Positions 47,656 to 55,593 of a stretch of DNA of 61,209 nt are shown one piece after another. The position numbers and the translations under genes were made by a program. The notes under the pieces are model-generated. The model was not told the DNA's origin, did no database searches, and saw only the letters and a program-made list of their open reading frames with translations. Source of the DNA: an uncultured virus (IMG/VR IMGVR_UViG_3300029922_000022) (taxonomy: Duplodnaviria > Heunggongvirae > Uroviricota > Caudoviricetes); IMG/VR virus record IMGVR_UViG_3300029922_000022; one strand, written 5' to 3'. How positions within the stretch are numbered: the first letter of the stretch is position 1; each line of letters opens with the position of its first letter.

Positions 47656-49599
47656 GTGGCAAGAATTTCAAAACTTAATAGAATATTCAATAGCATAGAA
47701 TTGAATTATGCAAATTTAACAAATCAGTTAAATAATTGGATAAGTGCAACTTATAAAAAATCTAGCATTCTTTATAATTCTGCATCGCCATACGGACAAA
47801 TTTTAACTATGGTTAAAGAGATATTTATTCAAAATATACTATATGTAAAAAATGCAGTTAGACAATTAGATATAGATCAAGCTGTTACTATTAGAACTAT
47901 TAGAAATATCGCAAGAATATCAGGTTGTAATCCATCAAGAGCAATATCAGCTAAAGGAACTCTAAAATTTAAACTTAAACAAGGAGTCGATGTTAGTCAG
48001 GTATCAGGCGGAATAGTTATAATTTATAATGAAACTCAATTAAAAAATAATACCAACAGCCTTTATTATTCGATTAAAACAGGAACATATAGAAATTATT
48101 ATACTCTTAAAACTGGATGCCAATTTTTTATTAATGTGGTTCAAGGAAAATATGAAACCCAAACATTCACAGGAGATGGTACATTATCTCAATCGTTTCA
48201 AGTCGTTGTTAGTAATAATTCAACAATTGATAATTTTGATTTTCAAATATCACTAAATGGAATAACTTTACAAATAAGAGATCATTTATATGATATGCTA
48301 CAAGATGAATATGCTTGTTATACAAGAACTGGATTTAATGGTGGAATAGATATTTATTTCGGTAATGGAAATAATGGATGTATTCCTGATATTGGCTCTG
48401 TTATAGATGTTAAATATTTAACTACAAATGGATTATCTGGTAATATATTAAACAATAATATTAATGATTTTACTTTTATTGATGATATATATGATAGTGA
48501 TGGTAATGTTATACAGGCTGGAAATTTGTTTGATATTTATATAGAAACAGATATAATTTTTGCAAGTGATGGTGAAAGTATAGAATATACAAGATCAATA
48601 ATTCCTTATGTATCAAGAAATTTTGTTCTTGCTACTCCTGATCAATTTATATATCATCTAATGAAATTAAATATGTTTTCAAAAGTAAATGCTTATAATA
48701 CATTAGATACAATTAAAATTGATCTAAATTCAAATACAGTAGATGATATTAATATAAACCAAATGTATTTATATTTAATACCAAGAATAACAGATTACTT
48801 TTCTTCAAATATTAACTATTTTAATATTCCATTTGATTATTTTTATCTTGATCAAGATCAAAAAAATAGAATAATAAGCTATCTTAAAATGGAGGGAATA
48901 CTTAGTATATCTTCTATAATTAATATTATAAATCCAATAATAAAAAAATATATAGTGAATATTTTTATTATAAGATATGATGATACATCAGAAGATAATA
49001 TAAGAGAGCAAGTTCTTGATACAATATCAACATATTTTGCATCATATAGTAGATATGATAAAATTGTAAAAGCAAATTTGATTACAGAATTAAAAGATAT
49101 AGATGGTATAGATTCTTTAAACTTAGAATTTATAAGTAAAGATAATGAGGATTATATTAGAACTGGATCTATATTATCATCAACCAATACAAGTGTATTA
49201 CAATCAACATATACATCAAATTCAAATTCTGTAAATGTGTCTACAAATGCATATCAAAATATAACTACAGCAACAAATAATGTAAATTCAACAAGTTCAA
49301 ACAGTAGTAATACACCCACAACACCAAATTATTCTAGTTCAATAGTTGGTAATTCAAATTCATCAGCATCTGTTGGAAGTAGTACAGTTGTTTCATATAA
49401 TAGCACAGCACAATATGATGCATCAAAAGTAATTGGATTAGATCCAATTCTAGGTGATATTATTATAGGAAATAACGAATTAGTAGTATTAAGAGGCGGT
49501 TGGATAAATAGAAATGGTATATATTTTGGAGAAGATCCTACCGCAACGTCAGGATTTAGTACTGTTAACATAATATGGAAAGGAGTCACATATAGATAA
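47656..49599 (+). CDS. Baseplate wedge protein (T4 gp6-like)
   Basis: A....I..IARISG.NP.R..SA, IYFGNG..G..P, V.YLTTNG..GN and ESIE motifs. Confidence 0.75.
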   Translation: MARISKLNRIFNSIELNYANLTNQLNNWISATYKKSSILYNSASPYGQILTMVKEIFIQNILYVKNAVRQLDIDQAVTIRTIRNIARISGCNPSRAISAKGTLKFKLKQGVDVSQVSGGIVIIYNETQLKNNTNSLYYSIKTGTYRNYYTLKTGCQFFINVVQGKYETQTFTGDGTLSQSFQVVVSNNSTIDNFDFQISLNGITLQIRDHLYDMLQDEYACYTRTGFNGGIDIYFGNGNNGCIPDIGSVIDVKYLTTNGLSGNILNNNINDFTFIDDIYDSDGNVIQAGNLFDIYIETDIIFASDGESIEYTRSIIPYVSRNFVLATPDQFIYHLMKLNMFSKVNAYNTLDTIKIDLNSNTVDDININQMYLYLIPRITDYFSSNINYFNIPFDYFYLDQDQKNRIISYLKMEGILSISSIINIINPIIKKYIVNIFIIRYDDTSEDNIREQVLDTISTYFASYSRYDKIVKANLITELKDIDGIDSLNLEFISKDNEDYIRTGSILSSTNTSVLQSTYTSNSNSVNVSTNAYQNITTATNNVNSTSSNSSNTPTTPNYSSSIVGNSNSSASVGSSTVVSYNSTAQYDASKVIGLDPILGDIIIGNNELVVLRGGWINRNGIYFGEDPTATSGFSTVNIIWKGVTYR

Positions 49600-49604
49600 T
49601 TATT

Positions 49605-49892
49605 ATGAAATATATAAAAACATTTGAAAAAAAGACACTAATGTATGATGTTGGCGATTATGTTTATGTCGTTGGATACCCTGATATTAATAATTTTTGC
49701 CAAATATATAAGATTAATAAGTATATATCAAAAGGTGAATGGGATTATATGATAAATTTTTTTGATGAAGACGGATATCATTCATCTTCACTTGGAATGT
49801 ATATTGATGAAAATGATATAACAAGAAATTTAACAAAAGAAGAAATATTAGAATTTGAAACAATAAAAGATACATTAAAATTTAATTTATAA
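49605..49892 (+). CDS. Small SH3/KOW-like protein, leader MKYIKTFE, C-terminal KFNL
   Basis: YDVGDYVYV. Confidence 0.7.
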   Translation: MKYIKTFEKKTLMYDVGDYVYVVGYPDINNFCQIYKINKYISKGEWDYMINFFDEDGYHSSSLGMYIDENDITRNLTKEEILEFETIKDTLKFNL

Positions 49893-50174
49893 TTAATCAG
49901 ATAAAAATTCATTAAATATTTCTTCTTTATTATCCAATACAAAATTGTGTATATAATAAGCTAATTTTTTATAATTTTTATATTCATATATATTATTAAG
50001 ATTATAATCTATTAAAAATTTATCATCACAAGATAATAAATATTCATCTTCTTTATCAAACCAATAGCCAAATTCATATATTTTATCAACAACTTTCATT
50101 GATAATAATACAGCCACACCATTATTTATTTTTCCTATATAATCTATTATAGATATGAAATTTGATTCTTCCAT
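49893..50174 (-). CDS. Hypothetical protein
   Basis: 93-aa ORF with a TATATA element upstream. Confidence 0.6.
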   Translation of the reverse strand: MEESNFISIIDYIGKINNGVAVLLSMKVVDKIYEFGYWFDKEDEYLLSCDDKFLIDYNLNNIYEYKNYKKLAYYIHNFVLDNKEEIFNEFLSD

Positions 50175-50221
50175 TTGTAATATATATTTTTTTATATATA
50201 TAATAAAAATAAGGTTTAAAA

Positions 50222-50593
50222 ATGGCTCTAAATGATGTAAAAGATTTTGTCATAAGATATCCTGGTCATCCAAAATACGTTCCAGGTAAAATTATAGAAG
50301 ACGACGATGTTGAAGTTATAGTTCAAAAATTAGAAATGATTCTATATACTAAAAAAGGAGATGTATTAGGAGATGAAGATATGGGATCAAATTTAGAATA
50401 TTACCTATGGCAAACAAACGTTACAACAGGTACACTGAAAAATATAATAGGTGAACAAATACAAACATATATACCAGAATTATTAGTATTAGGATATACT
50501 TTCGATCTGTATCTATATGAAGGTACTCTACAAGATATTTTACGACTAGATTTTATTATAAAAGGATATAATATAGAATTTATTTATGAATAA
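50222..50593 (+). CDS. Baseplate wedge protein (gp25-like)
   Basis: IL.TKKG.VLG...MGSNL..YLW...I..YIPE pattern. Confidence 0.7.
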   Translation: MALNDVKDFVIRYPGHPKYVPGKIIEDDDVEVIVQKLEMILYTKKGDVLGDEDMGSNLEYYLWQTNVTTGTLKNIIGEQIQTYIPELLVLGYTFDLYLYEGTLQDILRLDFIIKGYNIEFIYE

Positions 50594-50608
50594 AAAAAAT
50601 TATGAATT

Positions 50609-51118
50609 ATGGCTGAACAAAAAAACGAAGATTTTATATTAACAACTGAACTTGTTAACGATATAACAACAAGAGAAAATTTAGGTAAACGTTTAACTAG
50701 ATTCGAAAAACTTTGGTTCTCTAATATGAGAGGAATTCGTAAAGCAAATTTAACATTTGCTATGACCGAACTTGAATTTGAAGAATATATAAAATGTAAA
50801 ATAAATGTTCAATATTTTGCTGAACATTATTGTCAAATAAAAAGAGAAGATGGATCAATTGGTCCTATGACTCTTCGTGATTATCAAAAAGATATTATTG
50901 ACCTTTATACAAAAAATCCAAGAAGTATACTAATGGCAAGCCGGCAAACTGGTAAGTGTCTGACTTTCAGTACTTTAACTAATATTGAATTTAATGGAAA
51001 AATTATAAATATTCCAATTGGAATATTATATTATAATGAATTAAAAAAAGAAAGAAAATTAACTCTGATTGAAAAAATTAAAATATTATTATATAAGATA
51101 ATATGTATATTATCATAA
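50609..51118 (+). CDS. terL: Terminase large subunit N-fragment (116 aa) plus split intein IntN (53 aa, starting at 50957)
   Basis: YFAEHY..I, LRDYQ and ASRQTGK followed by CLTFST (intein block A). Confidence 0.9.
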   Translation: MAEQKNEDFILTTELVNDITTRENLGKRLTRFEKLWFSNMRGIRKANLTFAMTELEFEEYIKCKINVQYFAEHYCQIKREDGSIGPMTLRDYQKDIIDLYTKNPRSILMASRQTGKCLTFSTLTNIEFNGKIINIPIGILYYNELKKERKLTLIEKIKILLYKIICILS

Positions 51119-51172
51119 GTTTTCCTATTTGTCTAAAAGCGACCATGTTTTATTTATATATAAAAATAAAAA

Positions 51173-52156
51173 ATGAAAGAAGAAAAAGATGAATTTGTAG
51201 TTTGTAAAGTTTGTGGGTTTAAATCAAAAAGAATATATGGTAGGCATCTAAAATCTCATAATATAACATCTGAAGAATATAAAAAAATGTTTCCTGGAGA
51301 ACCATTATATACTGAAAGTGATAATAAAAATACATCAAAAAATAGTGGAAAACATATGAAAGAAGAAAAATATAAAATTATGTTTTCTGAAAAAATAAAA
51401 GGAGATAAAAATCCAAATAGTAAATTGAATACTACATTAGAACAGAGAAAGTCGAGATCTCCATTTTCTAATAATTTTATTAAATATTCAAAATTAACTG
51501 AGAAAAAAAGAGAAAAAACTTTAAAATTGTTTATTAAAGAAGTTTGTGATAAAAAAACATATGAAGTTAGATTAGATTATTGGATTAATAAAGGATATTC
51601 TGAAGAAGATGCGTTATTAAAATTAAAAAAAAGACAAACTACATTTACATTAGAAATATGTATTCAAAAATATGGAGAAATTGAAGGTAAGAGAATATAT
51701 ACTGAGAGACAAGATAAATGGCAAGACTCATTATTAAAGAACGGAAATTTAAAATATGGTTATTCAAATATATCTCAAGTTCTTTTTAATTTTATATTAG
51801 AATATTATACGTTTGAAAATAAAGAACAGGTATATTTTGCTACAAAAAATCAAGAATATAGATTAGAAAAAGAAAATGGAGGAGTTTGGTTATATGATTT
51901 TGTAGATTTAAAAAATAAAAAAATAATAGAATATAATGGTGATCAATATCATGCAAATCCAAATATATTTGAACCTAATGATTTTCCACATCCTTTTATA
52001 AAAGATATGACTGCTCAAGAAATTTGGAATAAAGATGAAAGAAAAAGAAAAATTGCAGAAAAAAATGGATTTGATATGCTAATTATATGGGATTCAGAAT
52101 ATAAGAGTCAAAAAATTAATACTTTAGAAAAGTGTAAAAAATATTTAAATTTATAA
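51173..52156 (+). CDS. Vsr/DUF559-like homing endonuclease with an N-terminal C2H2 finger
   Basis: CKVC..HLKSH; YDF..KKIIEYNGDQYHANP; KD..K...A...GF...IWDSE. Confidence 0.8.
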   Translation: MKEEKDEFVVCKVCGFKSKRIYGRHLKSHNITSEEYKKMFPGEPLYTESDNKNTSKNSGKHMKEEKYKIMFSEKIKGDKNPNSKLNTTLEQRKSRSPFSNNFIKYSKLTEKKREKTLKLFIKEVCDKKTYEVRLDYWINKGYSEEDALLKLKKRQTTFTLEICIQKYGEIEGKRIYTERQDKWQDSLLKNGNLKYGYSNISQVLFNFILEYYTFENKEQVYFATKNQEYRLEKENGGVWLYDFVDLKNKKIIEYNGDQYHANPNIFEPNDFPHPFIKDMTAQEIWNKDERKRKIAEKNGFDMLIIWDSEYKSQKINTLEKCKKYLNL

Positions 52157-52160
52157 AAAT

Positions 52161-52190
52161 AAAAAAGAAGACTATTTAGTCTTCTTTTTT
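52161..52190. terminator. Bidirectional intrinsic terminator inside the terL spacer
   Basis: aaaaaagaagacta-tt-tagtcttctttttt. Confidence 0.8.
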
Positions 52191-52946
52191 ATTTTTATAA
52201 ATTATAATTTCTGGATATTTGTTCATTATCACAGTTTCTAATTTTTGTAATGTTGAGTTTATTTTTTCATCCCACTTATTTTCATATTTATCTATATTAA
52301 ATTTGTTATTATTATGAAATGATATTTGTTCACAACCAGGTAGGTCAAAAAATATTATAAATTTTATATTATTATCAGAATTGTGATATCCAACTTTCCA
52401 ATTATTAGTTTTAAATAACTCTATCAATTCTGATATCATTTTAGATTTTTTAATATAATTTCTATTTGAATATTCACCATGATATTTTTTAGCTTGAATA
52501 TTAGTATCTTCAATTTCTAATAACAATCTAATTGCTTTTGCAAAAATATCATATTTTGATATTTTATTTAATCTCCTTTTGATTTTATTCGTTCCAATAT
52601 TACAGAAATTATCTCTATTATATTTCAATTGTTGAACCAGTTCATTATTTTTTATGTTAGTAAATTCTTTAGATTTAATTAGTTTATTTGCTTCATCTTT
52701 AAGAATATTAATTCTATTTTTAAAATCATGATCATTTATATATAATAAATCAGATACATTATTGGAACCATGAATATTAGATTCATATAATATTATTAAT
52801 CTATCTCGTTTGACTCTTAATTTTTTAACAATAGCATTAAATCCAAAAACATTAATTTGATGACGTAGTTGATATAATTTTTCAATTTTCTCATCATCAT
52901 AATCATCATCATAAAAATAATGATTAAAATAATTATCATAACTCAT
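52176..52946 (-). CDS. Hypothetical protein
   Basis: 256-aa ORF; FDLPGCEQISFH motif. Confidence 0.75.
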   Translation of the reverse strand: MSYDNYFNHYFYDDDYDDEKIEKLYQLRHQINVFGFNAIVKKLRVKRDRLIILYESNIHGSNNVSDLLYINDHDFKNRINILKDEANKLIKSKEFTNIKNNELVQQLKYNRDNFCNIGTNKIKRRLNKISKYDIFAKAIRLLLEIEDTNIQAKKYHGEYSNRNYIKKSKMISELIELFKTNNWKVGYHNSDNNIKFIIFFDLPGCEQISFHNNNKFNIDKYENKWDEKINSTLQKLETVIMNKYPEIIIYKNKKED

Positions 52947-52984
52947 ATATTTAATAATAAATTAATCTAACTATATTATTAGAT

Positions 52985-53056
52985 TTGAGCAAGTGACCTG
53001 ATTTGAACAGGATTCTCCAACTGGACGCTGAATACATTAACATATGCTATCACTGC
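52985..53056 (-). tRNA. Degenerate tRNA-Gly(TCC)-like element
   Basis: Minus strand GCAGTGA..GCAT/ATGT D-arm..TTCAG-CGTCCAG-TTGGA..CCTG-TTCAAAT-CAGG-TCACTTGC-TCAA; acceptor bulge, G33 and no GG in the D loop. Confidence 0.55.
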
Positions 53057-53094
53057 ATTTTAATAATATAGTAGTACTTTTTTAAAAAGTTTAT

Positions 53095-54102
53095 TTACAT
53101 TTTATCAAATCCACAAATAATATCATCATCTTTAACTCCACAATATATTTCATATTTATCTGGCTTAGAATTAGTTACATATGAAATATATACATCATTT
53201 GCATTAAGTTGTGTATATGTAAATTTATTATTTTCATTTCTAAGTAAAAACCCATATTTTTTGAAAAATGTATTTTTACCTGATTTTTTATATAAAGATA
53301 TATCTGACGTTGGTACACTAAATGTGGCGCCTATTATAACATTTTTTTCTATTAATGAGTAAATTAATAGTTTTAAATTTAAGAATGTATTTTCATATAT
53401 AAACCCATTTTCACTACTACTTAATTCTACATTTTTTATCTCTTTTAAAAATTTTTTGTGAATATTTGAATCTTTTTTCATTATACAAATATCATATGAT
53501 GAATTTTTATATTTTGGATGATCATATGACATTGTAAAATGTGCTGTAGTGCTCTCTATCTTAGATTCAATCAAATTTATAAATTCATCAAAATTATCAT
53601 CAAAATTTAAAATTTTATTAGTTGAAATAATATCATTAGTTAAAATATTATCATATTCATTCAAATCTATTTCATCATTTGAGCTATTAAACATATTATT
53701 GTACGTGTTTATAATAGTGTCTATATCTACTAATTCAAATTTATTTGTTTTTATATCATTTCTAAATATAATAAAATCATTATCCAATAATGTTTCAAAT
53801 CTTGATAATGTAGGATCTTCATCACCTAATTTTTCTGCATTTTCTATCATTTCTGATAAATCATCTTCATCAACATTGAAAATGTAATCATCAATTAAAT
53901 CACCTAATTTATTATAATTTAATGAAGATTTTATTAATTTATCAGTAAATGATGTAGTACCATAAATATCCGGTATATCATTCAAAAAATGAATACTAAA
54001 ATCATATAAATCTTGTAAAGTATACTGCTCTTCAGATTCTATAAAATCTAGGTTTTGTGAATCAATGTAACACAAATAATATTTATATTTATTTTTTGAC
54101 AT
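53095..54102 (-). CDS. Hypothetical acidic protein
   Basis: 335-aa ORF. Confidence 0.75.
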   Translation of the reverse strand: MSKNKYKYYLCYIDSQNLDFIESEEQYTLQDLYDFSIHFLNDIPDIYGTTSFTDKLIKSSLNYNKLGDLIDDYIFNVDEDDLSEMIENAEKLGDEDPTLSRFETLLDNDFIIFRNDIKTNKFELVDIDTIINTYNNMFNSSNDEIDLNEYDNILTNDIISTNKILNFDDNFDEFINLIESKIESTTAHFTMSYDHPKYKNSSYDICIMKKDSNIHKKFLKEIKNVELSSSENGFIYENTFLNLKLLIYSLIEKNVIIGATFSVPTSDISLYKKSGKNTFFKKYGFLLRNENNKFTYTQLNANDVYISYVTNSKPDKYEIYCGVKDDDIICGFDKM

Positions 54103-54149
54103 ATTGATATTTTTTAATTATATATTATTTTTAACCGTTTTGTTTAATA

Positions 54150-54157
54150 CAAATATA
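54150..54157 (-). promoter_or_regulatory. Bacteroidota-type -7 promoter element (TAnnTTTG)
   Basis: TATATTTG on the minus strand ~50 nt upstream of the ATG at 54102; the -33 spacing is not canonical. Confidence 0.4.
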
Positions 54158-54240
54158 ATAATTAATTTCCAAATAATAACATAATTATTAGTTAATTTTT
54201 ATAAATAAATCAGATTACTCTTTTTTTATATATACTAAAT

Positions 54241-55593
54241 ATGATTAAAGAAAAAGAAATTAATGTAAATATCGTCGGTAGAAATGTAAATAAATATCTA
54301 AACTTAGGATATGACTGTAAAGTAGGAGATAATATTAATATAAAAATAAAAGATTTACCTTTGAATTCACATTCAAGAATAACAGCAATATGCGATAAAT
54401 GCAAAGAAGAACATGATATATCATTTCAAAAATATAATAAAAATATTAAAAATCAAAATTTTTACACTTGTAAGAAATGTTCTAATATAAAAGCAAAAAT
54501 AACTAATATAAATAGATATGGTTATGAATCTCCATTACAAAATGAGAATATTTATAATAAATTAAAACAAACAAACATTGATAAATATGGGGTAGAAAAT
54601 ACATTTCAATTTGATGAATTTAAAGAAAAAATAAAAAGTACAAATCAAGAAAAATATGGAGTAGATTATCCACAACAAAATAAATTAATTTTAGAAAAAT
54701 CTAATATTACAAACTTAAAAAAATATGGAGTAAATAGACCTGCACAAAATATAGATATTCAAGAAAAATGTAAAGATACTAAAATGATTAAATATGGAAA
54801 TCCATTTTTTAATAATTTAATAAAAATTAAAGGGACTAATTTTGAAAGATATAATGTAGATAATGTTTCTAAATTGCCTACTCATAAAGATAATATTCAA
54901 ATATATCATATCGAAAAATTATTAATAAAATATAAGTTTATAAATAGTGTTGATTATTTAAAATCAATATATTGTTGTAAATGTAAAAAAAATCATAATT
55001 ATGAAATTGATATTAAATTATTTCATAATAGAATCTCTCATAATATAAATACTTGTACTATTTGTTATCCAGAAAATACATTATCTTCAATAAAAGAAAA
55101 AGAATTGCTTAATTTTATTAGAGAAAATTATAATGATGATATTATTGAAAACGATAGAAAAATATTATTAGGTAAAGAATTGGATATTTTAATACCAAAA
55201 TTAAATTTAGCATTTGAATTTAATGGATTATATTGGCATAGTAATATTTATAAAGACGATAATTATCATTTTAATAAAACATTAAATTGTATAAATAAAG
55301 GAATTCAAGTTATTCATATTTGGGAAGATGATTGGACAAATAACAATAAAAATATTAAAAAAATGATAATAGAATATTTAAATGATGATAATATTTTATC
55401 TGATTTAAATAATATTAAAATCGAATCATCATATTTAAATAATAATATTTTAGAAAAATATCATATTTCAGATGTATTTCCTCCAAAAAAATGGAATATA
55501 AAAAATGGAAATAGATATAAATATAACGAAAAATCAAATTTACCATATATATGTGATTGTGGATATATAAAATTAATTAAAAATAATGATTAA
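54241..55593 (+). CDS. Hef-like endonuclease (Zn ribbon, KYGV repeats, PD-(D/E)XK), shortened C-terminus
   Basis: ELDILIP..LAFEFNGLYWH, IWEDDW and DCG motifs; overlaps the terL-C start. Confidence 0.75.
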   Translation: MIKEKEINVNIVGRNVNKYLNLGYDCKVGDNINIKIKDLPLNSHSRITAICDKCKEEHDISFQKYNKNIKNQNFYTCKKCSNIKAKITNINRYGYESPLQNENIYNKLKQTNIDKYGVENTFQFDEFKEKIKSTNQEKYGVDYPQQNKLILEKSNITNLKKYGVNRPAQNIDIQEKCKDTKMIKYGNPFFNNLIKIKGTNFERYNVDNVSKLPTHKDNIQIYHIEKLLIKYKFINSVDYLKSIYCCKCKKNHNYEIDIKLFHNRISHNINTCTICYPENTLSSIKEKELLNFIRENYNDDIIENDRKILLGKELDILIPKLNLAFEFNGLYWHSNIYKDDNYHFNKTLNCINKGIQVIHIWEDDWTNNNKNIKKMIIEYLNDDNILSDLNNIKIESSYLNNNILEKYHISDVFPPKKWNIKNGNRYKYNEKSNLPYICDCGYIKLIKNND

